From: Mobula hypostoma
Lineage: Eukaryota
DNA length: 64,000 nucleotides
Reading direction: 5' to 3'
Assembly (NCBI RefSeq): GCF_963921235.1
Contig: NC_086097.1
Coordinates: forward strand, 254,326,001-254,390,000
The translations under genes were made by a program, and so were the position numbers. Below, piece by piece: positions 12,801 to 25,144 of the stretch; the first letter of the stretch is position 1, and every line of letters begins with the position of its first letter. Below the pieces are notes generated by a model. The model was not told the DNA's origin. It saw only the letters and a list, made by a program, of their open reading frames with translations, and searched no databases.

Positions 12801-13025
12801 GGGATTAAAGGGGAAGGGGTGGTGTTACTCGTCAGGGAAAGCGTCACTGCAGTGCTCCATCAAGGCAGACTGGAGAAGTTATGGGTGGATATGAGAAGAA
12901 AGAAAGGTATAGATCATGCTAATAGGGCTAGATTACAAACCACCCAACAGTCTGAGGGACTTAGAGGAACAAATTTGTAGAGAGATTGCAGGCTATTGCA
13001 AGGGACATACAGTTGTTATAGACGA
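9870..13025 (+). mobile_element. Old CR1 (ORF1 esterase-like region plus start of EN) interrupted by a young CR1
   Basis: Decayed ORF1 sequence, TTTAAACTAG junction at 10451-10460, EN sequence resuming after 12570 (YKPPNS). Confidence 0.75.
10519..12570 (-). mobile_element. Young CR1 copy A, 5'-truncated, RT open (ORF 10619-12565)
   Basis: 648-aa uninterrupted RT region (YLDFQKAFD, GVPQGS, KFADD); (TTCTATGT)n tail; near-identical to 59848-61899. Confidence 0.95.
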
Positions 13026-14050
13026 TAAGACCATAATATATAGGAACAAAATTAGGCCATTTGGCCCATTGAGTCTGTTCCGCCATTTCATCATGGCTGA
13101 TCCATTTTTCCTCTCAGCCCCAATCTCCTGCGTTGCACCCGTATCCTTTCATGCCCTGACCAATCAAGAATCTATCAGCCTCTGCCTTAAATGCACATAA
13201 GGACTTGGTCTCCACAGCTGCCCTGGCAATGAATTCCACACCACTCTGGCTAAAGAAATTCCTCCTCGTCTCCGTCTTAAAAGAACGCCCCTCTATTCTG
13301 AGCCTGTGTCCTTTGGTCTGAGACTCTCCTACCATAGGAAACATAATCTCCACATCCACTCTATCAAGGTCTCTTAACATTTTAAATGTTTCAATGAGGT
13401 CACCCCTCATTCTTATGAATTCTAGTCAATACAGGCCCAGAGCCATCGAACACTCTTCATATGACAGACCGTTCAAACCTAGAATGGTTTTTGTGAACCT
13501 CCTTTGAACCCTCTCCATTTTCAGCACTTCCTTTCTAAGATGAGGGGACAAAAACTGCTCACAATACTCCAAGTGAGACCTCACCAGTGCTTTTTAAAGT
13601 CTTTAACCAATTTCCCCCGGGATCAATAAAGTATGACTATACTATACTATACTATATAGACTATATAACATAACATCCTTACTTTTATACTCTAGTCCTC
13701 TGGAAATGAATGCCAACATTGCATTTGCCTTCCTCTCCACAGACTCAGTCTGCAAGTTAACCTTCAGGGTGTTCTGCACAAGGACTCCCAAGTCCCTTAG
13801 CATCTCATTTTTTAGTATTTTCTCTCCATTTAGAAAATGGTCAATCATTTCATTTCTTCTACCAAAGAGCATGACCATACACTTCCCGACACTGTATTCC
13901 ATCTGCCCCTTCTTTGCCCATTCTCCTAATCTGTCCAAGTTTTTCTGTAGCCTCTCTACTTCCTAAAAAACTACCCGCCCCTCCTCCTATCTTCATATTA
14001 TCTGCAAACTTTGTAGCAAAGCCATCAATTCTGTTATCCAAATCATGTAT
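13026..14050 (-). mobile_element. Old CR1 3' fragment containing a tiny LINE-tail insertion at ~13605-13665
   Basis: ORFs 13114-13410, 13642-13938 and 13859-14056 (KFADNMKIGG). The insert is AATTTCCCCCGGGATCAATAAAGTATG followed by ACTAT repeats. Confidence 0.8.
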
Positions 14051-14074
14051 GGACATGGACTATTTAGGCAAAAG

Positions 14075-15320
14075 GGCTGTCTTGGGCTGTCTTGCATGCA
14101 CTGCTCTTTTGAGATCTATCCACAGATTTTCGATGATGTTTAGGTGAGGGCCATGGCAAAACCTTCAGCTTTGTAGTCCATTGTGGATTTTGAGGTGTGT
14201 TTAGGATCATTATCCTGTTGTAGAAGCCATCCTCTTTTCATCTTCAGCTTTTTACAGACGGTGTGATGTTTACTTCCAGAATTTGCTGGTGTTTAATTGA
14301 ATTCATTCTTTCCTCTACCAGTAAAATGTTCCCCATGCCACTAGCTGCAACACAAGCCCAAAGCATGATCGATCCACCCCCGTGCTTAACAGTTGGAGAG
14401 GGGTTCTTTTCATGAAGTTCTGCACCCTTTTTTCTCCAAATATAACCTTTGCTCATTGCAGCCAAAACGTTCTATTTTAACGTCATCAGTCCACAAGACT
14501 TGTTTTCAAAATGCATCAGGCTTCTTTAGATGTTCCTTTGCAAACATCTGACACTGAATTTTGTGGTGAGGATGCAAGGAAGGTTTTCTTCTGATGACTC
14601 TTCCATGAAGGTCATATTTGCACAGGTGTCGCTGCACAGTGGAACAGTGCTCCACCACTCTAGAGTCTGCTAAATCTTCCTGAAGGTCTTTTGCAGTCAA
14701 ACAAGGGTTTTGATTTGCCTTTCTAGCAATCCTACAAGCAGTTCTCTTAGAAAGTTTTCTTGGTCTTCCAGACCTCAACTTGACCTCCACCATTCCTGTT
14801 AACTGCCACTTCTTAATTACATTACAAACTGAGGAAACAGCTACCTGAAAACGCTTTGCTCTCTTCTTATAGCCTTCCCCTGCTTGGGCATCATTTATTT
14901 TAATTTTCAGAGTGCTAGTCAGCTGCTTGGAGGAACCCATGGCTGCTGATTGTTGGGACAAGGTTTGAAGAGTCAGGGTATTTATAAAGCTTTGAAATCG
15001 GCATCACCTGGCCTTTCCTAATGAGGACTGTGAACAAGCCATAGCCCTAACAAACTAATTAAGGTCTGAGACCTTGGTAAAAGTTATCTGAGAGCTCAAA
15101 TCTCTTGGGATGCCCAAACTTTTGCATGGTGCTCCTTTCCTTTTTTTCACTCTAAAATTGCACAGAACAAAAATAATACACTAATCTTGCTTAAAATGTT
15201 GAAAAGAATGTTTAATCTTTAACTTTATGACTTTTGGAGATCAGTTCATCTTCTACTCACTTAACTATTCACAGTAAGAGAAATTTTAACCAGGGGTGCC
15301 CAAGCTTTTGCATGCCAGTG
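14075..15320 (-). mobile_element. Tc1-family DNA transposon, defective and missing one end
   Basis: HTH region GEGYKK...GRPRKLS (14506-14961); catalytic region PTVKHGGGSIMLWAC (14244-14465); terminus ...GCCAGTG|TA at 15320; repeated motif GG(G/A)TGCCCAA(G/A)CTTTTGCATG at 15107-15128 and 15293-15314. Confidence 0.9.
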
Positions 15321-15322
15321 TA

Positions 15323-18300
15323 TCTATTAGGGAGCTTAACATAAAGGAACCCTTAGAACTCAGTGATCATAATATGATTGAATTCATACTGCAATTTGAG
15401 AGGCAGAAACATAGAAACATAGAAAATAGGTGCAGGAGTAGGCCATTCGGCCCTTCGAGCCTGCACCGCCATTTATTATGATCATGGCTGATCGTCCAAC
15501 TCAGAACCCAGCCTTCCCTCCATACCCCCTGACCCCTGTAGCCACAAGGGCCATATCTAACTTCCTTTTAAACATAGCTAATGAACTGGCCTCAACAGTT
15601 TGCTGTGGCAGAGAATTCCACAGATTCACCACTCTCTGTGTGAAGAAGTTTTTCCTAACCTCGGTCCTAAAAGGCTTCCCCTCTATCCTCAAACTGTGAC
15701 CCCTCGTTCTAGACCTCCCCAACATCGGGAACAATCTTCCCGCATCTAGCCTGTCCAATCCCTTTAGGATCTTATACGTTTCAATCAGATCCCCCCTCAA
15801 TCTTCTAAATTCCAACGAGTACAAGCCCAGTTCATCCAGTCTTTCTTCATATGAAAGACCTGCCATCCCAGGAATCAATCTGGTGAACCTTCTTTGTACT
15901 CCCTCTATGGCAAAGATGTCTTTCCTCAGATTAGGGGACCAAAACTGCACACAATACTCCAGGTGTGGTCTCACCAAGGCCTTGTACAACTGCAGTAGTA
16001 CCTCCCTGCTCCTGTACTCGAATCCTCTCGCTATAAATGCCAGCATACCGTTCGCCTTTTTCACCGCCTGCTGTACCTGCATGCCCACTTTCAATGACTG
16101 GTGTATAATGACACCCAGGTCTCGTTGCACCTCCCCTTTTCCTAATCGGCCACCATTCAGATAATAATCTGTTTTCCTATTTTTGCCACCAAAGTGGATA
16201 ACTTCACATTTATCCACATTAAATTGCATCTGCCATGAGTTTGCCCACTCACCCAACCTATCCAAGTCACCCTGCATCCTCTTAGCATCCTCCTCACTGC
16301 TAACACTGCCACCCAGCTTTGTGTCATCCGCAAACTTGGAGATGCTGCATTTAATTCCCTCATCCAAGTCATTAATATATATTGTAAACAACTGGGGTCC
16401 CAGCACTGAGCCTTGCAGTACCCCACTAGTCACCGCCTGCCATTCTGAAAAGGTCCCGTTTATTCCCACTCTTTGCTTCCTGTCTGCTAACCAATTCTCC
16501 ACCCACACCAATACCTTACCCCCAATACCGTGTGCTTTAAGTTTGCACACTAATCTCCTATGTGGGACCTTGTCAAAAGCCTTTTGAAAATCCAAATATA
16601 CCACATCCACTGGTTCTCCCCTATCCACTCTACTAGTTACATCCTCAAAAAATTCTATGAGATTCGTCAGACATGATTTTCCTTTCACAAATCCATGCTG
16701 ACTTTGTCCGATCATTTCACCGCTTTCCAAATGTGCTGTTATCACATCCTTGATAACTGACTCCAGCAGTTTCCCCACCACCGACGTTAGGCTAACCGGC
16801 CTATAATTCCCCGGTTTCTCTCTCCCTCCTTTTTTAAAAAGTGGGGTTACATTAGCCACCCTCCAATCCTCAGGAACTAGTCCAGAATCTAACGAGTTTT
16901 GAAAAATTATCACTAATGCATCCACTATTTCTTGGGCCACTTCCTTAAGCACTCTAGGATGCAGACCATCTGGCCCTGGGGATTTATCTGCCTTCAATCC
17001 CCTCAATTTACCTAACACCACTTCCCTACTAACATAAGTTACATGTATCAGAATCACAATGAAATAAAGGGAATTACAGAGGCATGAGAGGGGAACTTGC
17101 CCAGGTGGATTGGAGGAAAATACTGGCAGAGATGACAGCAGAGCAGTAGTGGCTGAGGTTTCTGGGAATGATTCACAAGGCACAGGATAGATATGTCCCA
17201 CAAAAAAAGTTGTTCTCAAATCACAAGGGTGGGCAACCATGGCTCCCAAGAGAAGCTAAAGATGGCCTAAAGGCCAAGGAAAGAACATAAAAGGTAGCAA
17301 AAGTGAGTGGGAAGTTCAATGATTGGGAAGCCTTTAAAATCCAATAAAAAGCAACTAAAAAAACTATTAAGAAGGGCAAAGATGAAATATGAGAGCAGAC
17401 TAGCCAATATTATAAAGCAGGGTACCAAGTGTTTTTTCAGTTATATAAAGAGTAAAAGTGGGGGAGGGGGTTGGTGAGTGTTGATATTGGACCACTGGAA
17501 AATAATGCTGGTGAGGTAGTAATGAGGAGCAAAGAAATGGCAGATGAACTTAATGGGTACTTTGCGTCTGTCTTCACTGTGGAAGACACTAGCAGTGTGC
17601 CAGAGGTCCATGAGTGTCAGGGAGCAGGAGTGAATGCCATTGATATTATAAAGGAAAAAGTGCTAAGCAAATACAAAGGTCTAAAGGTAGATAAGTCACT
17701 TGGACCAGATAGACTACATCCCAAAGTCTTGAGAAAGGTTGCTGAAGACATAACAGATCTCAGGTCATGATCTTTCAAGAATCACTTGATTCTAGCATGG
17801 TCCGGAGGACTGGAAGATTGCAAAGCTGATTGTACTCTTTAAGAAGGGAGAAAGGAAAAAGAAAGGAAGTTGGGAAAGCATTGGAATCTATTATTAAGGA
17901 TGAGGTTTCGAGGTACTTGGACACTATTGATAAAATAAATCAAAGTCAACATGGTTTCTCTCAAGGGAAATCTTGCCCGACAAATCTGTTATAGTTCTTT
18001 GAGGAAGTAACAAACAGGGTGGGCAAAGGAGAGGCAGTGGATTTTACTTGGATTTTCAGAAGTCATTTGATAAGGTGCCACACATGAGGCTGCTTAACAA
18101 GATAAAATCCTATGGCGTTACAGGAAATATACTGGCATGGGTAGGGGAATGGCTGCCAGGCCGGAGGCAGTGAGCGGGAGTAAAAGGAGCCTTGTCTCTT
18201 TGGCTGCCGGTGACTAGTGGCGTTCCTCGGTGGTCAGTATTGGGACTGTTGCTTTTCTCATTTTTTGTCAGTGATTTAGAGAATGGAATATTATTGTGGC

Positions 18301-19232
18301 AAAGTTTGTGGATGATATGAAGATAGGTGGAGGCCTAGGTAGTGAGGAAGCAATGCGATTGCAGCAGGACTTTGATAAATTGGAAGAATGGGCAAAAAAG
18401 TGTCAGTTGGAATACAGTGTTGGGAAATACATGATAATACGTTTTGGTAAGTGAAACAATAGTGTGGACTATTATCTAAATGGGGAGAAGGTTCAAACAT
18501 CAGAGGTGTAGAGGGAGTTAGGAGTCCTCGTGCAAGACTCCCAGAGGTTAATATATAGGTTGAGTCTATTGTAAAGAAGGCAAATGCAATGTTGGCATTT
18601 ATTTCAAGGTGAATAGAATATACGCAAGGAGATAGTACTGAGCCTTTATAAGATACTAGTCAATCCACACTTGGAGTATTGTCAACAGTTTAGGGCCCCA
18701 TATCTCAGAAAGGATGTGTTGTCATTGGACAGAGCCCAGAGGAGGTTCATGAGGATGATTCTGGGAATGAAGGGGTTAACATATGAGGAGTGTTTGCCAA
18801 CTTTGGGCCTGTACTCACTGGAATTTAGAAGAATACTGGGGCAGGGGGGATCCTCGGTGAAAGCTATCGAATGTTGAACGGACTAGGCAGGGTGGACGTG
18901 GAGAGGATGCTTCCTGTAGTGGGTTATCAAGAACTAGAGGGCACAGGCACAAAACTGAGGGACAACCTTTTTGAATAGTGGTAAGGAGGGATCTTTTTAG
19001 CCAGTGAATAGTGAATCTGTGTAACACACTGCCACAGACTGTAGTGGAGGCCAAGTCCGTGGGTATATTTTAAGTCGGAAGTTGATAGTTTCTTCTTCGG
19101 TCAGGGCATCAAAGGATATGGCAAGAAAGCAGGTGTATGGGGTTGAGTGAGATCTGGGATCAGCCATGATGGAATGGCGGAGCAGATGATGGGCTGAATG
19201 GCCTAATTCTGCTCCTATAGTATGTCTTATGG
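15323..19232 (+). mobile_element. Old CR1 ORF2 through 3' UTR, interrupted by young copy B
   Basis: SDHNMIEF motif at ~15360 continues after 17035; decayed RT; TCTTATGG tail near 19225. Confidence 0.8.
15405..17035 (-). mobile_element. Young CR1 copy B, 5'-truncated
   Basis: Near-identical to copies A and D; open RT; (TTCTATGT)n tail; short AACATA duplication at the ends. Confidence 0.95.
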
Positions 19233-19239
19233 CTCCTGA

Positions 19240-19890
19240 TGTAGATTAGGAGACTGCTTCGCCGAGTACCACTCTCCATCCGCCAGAAAAAGTGGGATCT
19301 CCCAGTGGCCACATATTTGAATTCTACTTCCCATTCCCATTCCAAAATGTCTATCCATGGCCCCCTTTGATATCGTGATGAGGCCACACTCAGGTTGGAG
19401 GAACAACACGTTGTATTCCATTTGGGTATCCTTCAACCTGATGACATGAACATAGATTTCTTGAACTTGCGGTAATTCCTCCTCCTTCTCCCTCACCATT
19501 CCCCGTCCCCTTTTCCGTCTTTCCCTCTATCTCTTTGCCTGCCCATCGCCTCCCTCTGGTGCTCCTCCCCACTTTTCTTTTTCCCATGGCCTTCAGGCCT
19601 CTCCTGTTAGATTCCCCCTTCTCCAGCCCAGTATCTCTTTCACCAATCGACTTCCCAGCTCTTTACTTCAATTCCACCCCCCAGTTGCACCTATCACCTT
19701 GTGTTTCTCCCTTCCCCCTCCCCCACCTTTTAACTCTACTCATCATTTTTTCTTCAGTCCTGCTGAAGGGTCTCAGCCCAAAACATCGACTATTTATTCA
19801 TTTCCATAGATGCCACCTGACCTGCTGAGTTCCTCCAGCATTTTGTGTGTGTTGCTTAGAATCCAGCATCTGCACATTTTCTCCTGTTTA
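19240..19890 (+). mobile_element. Older Penelope-like 3' fragment (end of GIY-YIG domain plus pLTR)
   Basis: Diverged homology to 25745-26410; decayed hammerhead CAGTCCTGCTGAAGGGTCTCAGCCCAAAACATCGAC at ~19756-19791. Confidence 0.8.
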
Positions 19891-20574
19891 TGTAGTAGAC
19901 AGGGTAAAGAAGAATCCTTAGGGATTCTGCGGATATGTTAAGAACAAAAGGATTGTAAGAGACAAAATTGATCCTCTGGAAGACCAGAATTTACATGTGG
20001 AGCCAAATCAGATGGGGGCGATCTTGAATACAATTTATGCATCTGTATTTACTCAGAAGATAGACACAGGGTCTCTAGAAGTAAGGCAAAGTGGCATCAA
20101 CTTCATGGACACAGTACGGATTACAGGGGAGGAAGTGTTTACTATCCTGAGGCAAATCAAGGTAGATAAATCCCCAGGGCCAGACAAGTACGAGGTGTTG
20201 CACTTCAGCAGGACCAGATAGGTTAAATCTCACACAGTGAACAGTAGGGCACTGTGGAGTGTGGTAGAACAAAGGGATCTAGGATAATTTGTTGAAGGTG
20301 GCTTCACATGTAGATAGTGTCATACAAAAAACTTTTGGCACATTGGCTTTCATAAATTGCTTTATTGAGTACAGGAGATTGCATGTAATGTTGAAGTTGT
20401 ATAGGATGTTGGTGAGTCCTAATTCAGAGTATTCTGTGAAGTTTTGGTCACCTACCTACAGGAAAGATGTAAACAAGGTTGAAAGAGTGCAGAGAAAATT
20501 TACAAGTATATTGCCAGGTCTGGAGGACCTGAGTTAAAAGGAAATATTGAATAGGGTCGGACTGTATAGACAAA

Positions 20575-21900
20575 AGACTTGGCCTAACCTTAAACAAAAA
20601 GAAAACTGAAGTAATGGTAATATCAAAGAAACCTGATATCTCAAACTGTAGGATCGTATTGGGAAATGAAATCCTGAAACATGTTCACAACTTCAAGTAC
20701 CTTGGATCATGGGTAACATCTGATGGCAAATGTGAAACAGACATAAAGGCAAAAATAGCAATGGCAAGAACAGCATTTACAGAAATGAGAAACATCCTAA
20801 CAAACAAGAAAATAGCAATTGACATCTGCTTTAGAACTCTGAGCTGCTACATTCTTCCTATATTGATGTACGGCTGCGAGTCATGGACCATCACAAATGC
20901 AATTGAAAAAAGAATCAATGCAGCAGAAATGTGGTTCCTCAGAAGAATGCTATGCATATCGTACACGGACAGGATAACCAACGAAGAAGTTTTTTAGATT
21001 TTTTTTAGATTATGAGAACACTCAGTCCTCTCTTATTGTCATTTAGAAATGCATACATGCATTAAGAAATGATACAATGTTCCTCCGGAGTGATATCACA
21101 GAAAACAAGACAGACCAAAGACTAACACTGACAGAACCACATAATTATAACATATAGTTACAGCAGTGCAAAGCAATACCATAATTTGATAAAGAACAGA
21201 CCATAGGCACAGTAAAAAAAAGTTCTCAAAGTTCCGAGTTGATCGACTCCCGAGTCCCCGATAGCAGGCGGCAAAAGGGAGAAACTCCCTGCCATAAACC
21301 TCCAGGCTCCGTCAACTTGCCGGTACCTTGGAAGCAGCTGACCCCAGCAGACCCTGAGTCCATCCATCTGAAAACTCCCAGCTCCGAGCTTCCGAGCAGC
21401 CTCTCCGATACAGCCTCCCGAGCGCCATCCTCTGCTGATCGCCTTCGACCTCTCCCCAGCCGCTGAAACATGCAAAGCCGAGGATTTCGGGGCCTTCAGC
21501 TCCAGAGATTCCAGTTACCACACAGAAGCAGCGGTAACAAAGCAGACATTTCAGAAGTTTTCCAGATGTTCCGCTGTGCTTTCACGTCTGTCTCCATCAA
21601 ATCAGAATTGTGCACAGTCCCCTACTTGACAAATAACAGATATTCATCACCGACGTGGCCGCGCACGCTGTTGTTGCGCCGCCATCTTCTCCCCCCCTCC
21701 CGGGAGGACTACAGAGAACGAAAACAAAACATACATTACTTAAAAAAATCAGAAAACAGCAATCAAAATTCTTTGGACACATCATGCGAAGAGAGACATT
21801 AGAACATTTAGTTACAACTGGAAAGCTGGAAGGAAAAAGAAGCAGAGGCAGACAGAGAATGAAAATGATAGATGGAATAACATCGTGGTTAGAAACCATG
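20575..21900 (+). mobile_element. RTE-clade LINE 3' fragment split by a non-coding insert
   Basis: FKYLGSWVTSDG...ILMYGCESWT...DRITNEEV continues after 21710 as LQRTK...KFFGHIMRR...GKLEGKRSRGRQR. Confidence 0.85.
20991..21709 (-). mobile_element. ~720-bp non-autonomous retroelement (SINE-like or internally deleted LINE)
   Basis: Splits the RTE between NEEV and LQR; minus-strand 5' region AAGATGGCGGCG (21677-21688); 3' hairpin GAGGAC-TGAGT-GTTCTC; (AATCTAAAAA)n tail. Confidence 0.65.
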
Positions 21901-22480
21901 ATAGAAGATTGGGAGGAGATTTGATAGAGATGTACCTATACAAAATTATAAGGGGTATAGATAGGATTAATGCGAGCTGGCTTTTTCCACTGAGGTTGGG
22001 TGGGACAAAACCAGAGGTCATGGGTTAAGGGTGAAAGGTGAAAAGTTTAAGGGGATCATGAGGGGAAACTTCTTCACTCAGAGGGTCGTGAGAGTGTGGA
22101 ACGAGCTGCCAGCACAAGTGGTGTATGCGAGCTCATTTTCAACATTTAAGAAAAGTTTGGATAGGTACCTGGATGGTAGGGGTATAGAGGGCTATGGTCC
22201 CAGTGCAGGTCAATGGGAGTAGGCAGGGAGATGGTTTCAGCATGAACTAAATGGGCTAAAGGGCCTGTTTCTCTGCTGTACCTCACTATGACTGTATACA
22301 CCCATTTTGTTAGGTATAGGAGGTAACTAGTACAGTGGCCACTGAGTGTAAATCTCTTTCCATTGCTCCTACCACATCTCCTTATTTGCTGTGTTTTAGC
22401 CTGCATGTCAAATATCTTTCCTCATGTATTTATCTTCAATTGATTGAATTTGGATGGTTATTTATTTGTTCTCTCCCCAG

Positions 22481-22530
22481 TCTCGTATTGGGAGTACTCG
22501 GAGAAGCCATACTTATTTATACCTCGATGA
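22481..22530 (+). other. Possible short terminal exon of an unidentified host gene
   Basis: Non-repetitive patch with a strong acceptor TTTGTTCTCTCCCCAG|; in phase 1 it reads xSYWEYSEKPYLFIPR*. No homology recognised. Confidence 0.25.
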
Positions 22531-22797
22531 ATGGACCAGAAGTGAAGTGATGAGAACAGACCCAGGATATTTCCCTACATAGATCTCTCTCATTCTCTCT
22601 CACAAACGCTCTCACTGATTATCGGTTTTAAAGGAAAAGGAAATGATGTCCTTCTGTGCAAGAGTATTTTCTGCTTCCCATCGTTGCTTTACACAGACCT
22701 ATGCCTTACATAGACCTATATTTGCCTAATGTAGATCTCTCTCTACCACATTGTTTGACCCCCGTTTCACAGATTTTAGCTTCCATTGTTCACCAAT

Positions 22798-23272
22798 TAA
22801 AGCGACAAGGAGACTGCAGCATCGAAGCGAGTGCAAAGGGTGACTGCTGCCGCTTGCCTTTTGATTGGTTGCTCTGTACCGGAGAAAGGAGAGCCTACCA
22901 CTGCACTCAGAAGATGTTGCCCAGGTTATTTCTGTGTTTTGGATGTGGACTTGAACTATAGACTCTTTTTTCAGTCTTATAGCTTGTATATTCTGTGTTT
23001 TTCCCCAATTTTCTCAGTTTATTTTTCCAGCGCAGAGGGGCATTTGGGGCTTGATGTGCCTGATCCATTTTGCTTGGTTTTTGTACAGGAGCGGGGATTT
23101 GGGGAATACTACCTGTTCCGTTTCTGTTTGTTTTTTTGACAGGGAGGTGGGATTTGGAGATTGCTGATCATGCTGCCTTTCTTCTCTTTCCTGGTTTCAT
23201 GATTACCGGGAGAATTGACGAATTTCAGAGTTGTATACTTTGATAATAAATGAACCTTTGAATCTTTGAACT
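22798..23272 (+). mobile_element. Non-coding retroelement 3' fragment
   Basis: Ends in AATAAATGAACCTTTGAATCTTTGAA (polyA-like signal plus short tandem tail); ACCAAT at both flanks. Confidence 0.5.
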
Positions 23273-23839
23273 AACCAATGGTATTAAAGGGAAGGAAATG
23301 ATGTGCTTCTGTGCAAGAGTATTTTCTACTTCCCATTCATGGATGTTACCAAACGACGGAAAATCACCACCAGTGATTCCCTCAGAACTTGAATGCAGAA
23401 CTTTTTACCTTGTTGTGTGGCAGCCTACAGAAGGAGATAGAAGCATAGTGTACCTTCTCTGCATGTGAACATGTACTCGCCTGTGTAAACTACCATGTCT
23501 TTACTGTCCAGTCTGTACTCCCCAGTCTGTCTTTTCCTGTCAGCACCTCCCCTGTCCATACTCCTTTGTCTTTACTGTCCTGTCTACTCCCCCGTCTGTA
23601 CTGTCCTGTCCTTACTCCCCCATCTTTACTATCCTGTCTCCTCCACAGTCTGTCCTCCCCTGTCAGTACTCCCATCTGTACTCCCCTGTCTGTACTGTGC
23701 TGTCTTTACTCCCCCGTCTCTACTGTCATATCTTCCCTCCCCTGTCTGTACTGTCCTCTCTGTTCTGTCCTGTCCTTACTCCGTTGTCTGTACTCCCCCA
23801 TCTGTACTATCTTGTCTCCTCCACTGTCTGTACTATCCT

Positions 23840-25069
23840 ACATCAAAGTTGCTGGTGAACGCAGCAGGCCAAGCAGCATCTATAGGAAGAGGCGCAGTCG
23901 ACGTTTCAGGCCGAGACCCTTCGTCAGGACTAACTGAAGGAAGAGTGAGAAAGGGATTTGAAAGCTGGAGGGGGAGGGGGAGATGCAAAATGATAGGAGA
24001 AGACAGGAGGGGGAGGGATAGAGCCGAGAGCTGGACAGGTGATAGGCAAAAGGGGATACGAGAGGATCATGGGACAGGAGGTCCGGGAAGAAAGACAAGG
24101 AGTGGGGGGTGACCCAGAGGATGGGGAAGAGGTATATTCAGAGGGACAGAGGGAGAAAAAGGAGAGTGAGAGAAAGAATGTGTGCCTAAAAATGAGTAAC
24201 AGATGGGGTACGAGGGGGAGGTGGGGCCTTAGCGGAAGTTAGAGAAGTCAATGTTCATGCCATCAGGTTGGAGGCTACCCAGATGGAATATAAGGTGGTG
24301 TTCCTCCAACCTGAGTGTGGCTTCATTTTTACAGTAGAGGAGGCCGTTGATAGACATGTCAGAATGGGAATGGGATGTGGAATTAAAATGTGTGGCCACT
24401 GGGAGATCCTGCTTTCTCTGGCGAACAGAGCGTAGATGTTCAGCAAAGCGGTCTCCCAGTCTGCGTCGGGTCTCACCAATATATAAAAGGCCACATCGGG
24501 AGCACCGGACGCAGTATATCACCCCAGTCGACTCACAGGTGAAGTGATGCCTCACCTGGAAGGACTGTTTGGGGCCCTGAATGGTGGTAAGGGAGGAAGT
24601 GTAAGGGCATGTGTAGCACTTGTTCCGCTTACACGGATAAGTGCCAGGAGGGAGATCAGTGGGGAGGGATGGGGGGGACGAATGGACAAGGGAGTTGTGT
24701 AGGGAGCGATCCCTGCAGAATGCCGAGGGGGGGGGGAGGGAAAGATGTGCTTAGTGGTGGGATCCCGTTGGAGGTGGCGGAAGTTACGGAGAATAATATG
24801 TTGGACCCGGAGGCTGGTGGGGTGGTAGGTGAGGACCAGAGGAACCCTATTCCTAGTGGGGTGGTGGGAGGATGGAGTGAGAGCAGATGTACGTGAAATG
24901 GGGGAGATGCGTTAAAGAGCAGAGTTGATAGTGGAGGAAGGGAAGCCCCTTTCTTTAAAAAATGAAGACATCTCCCTCGTCCTAGAATGAAAAGCCTCAT
25001 CCTGAGAGCAGATGCGGCGGAGACGGAGGAATTGCGAGAAGGGGATGGCGTTTTTGCAAGAGACAGGGT
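23840..25069 (-). mobile_element. Penelope-like element 3' portion, left arm of an inverted pair
   Basis: GIY-YIG domain VIYCVRCSRCGLLYIGETRRRLGDRFAEH (24229-24555); reverse complement of ~25145-26373. Confidence 0.92.
23895..23932 (-). ncRNA. Minimal type I hammerhead ribozyme motif
   Basis: Reverse complement reads TAGTC CTGACGA AGGGTCTCGGCCT GAAA CGTC GACTG. Confidence 0.75.
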
Positions 25070-25144
25070 GTGTTCTTTAAAAAATGAAGACATCTCCCTT
25101 GTCCTAGAATGAAAAGCCTCATCCTGAGAGCAGATGCGGCGGAG

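Larger units (their letters stand above)
19891..22295 (+). mobile_element. Fragmented CR1 hosting an RTE insertion
   Basis: DKSPGPD (19997-20221), ORF 20289-20537 and C-terminus NFFTQRVVRVWN (22031-22222). Confidence 0.75.

Noticed and set aside
15501..17249. Novel N-termini on RT ORFs (also 52927-54354 and 44248-45024)
   Set aside because: These are chance read-ins from flanking older CR1 sequence across insertion or deletion junctions.
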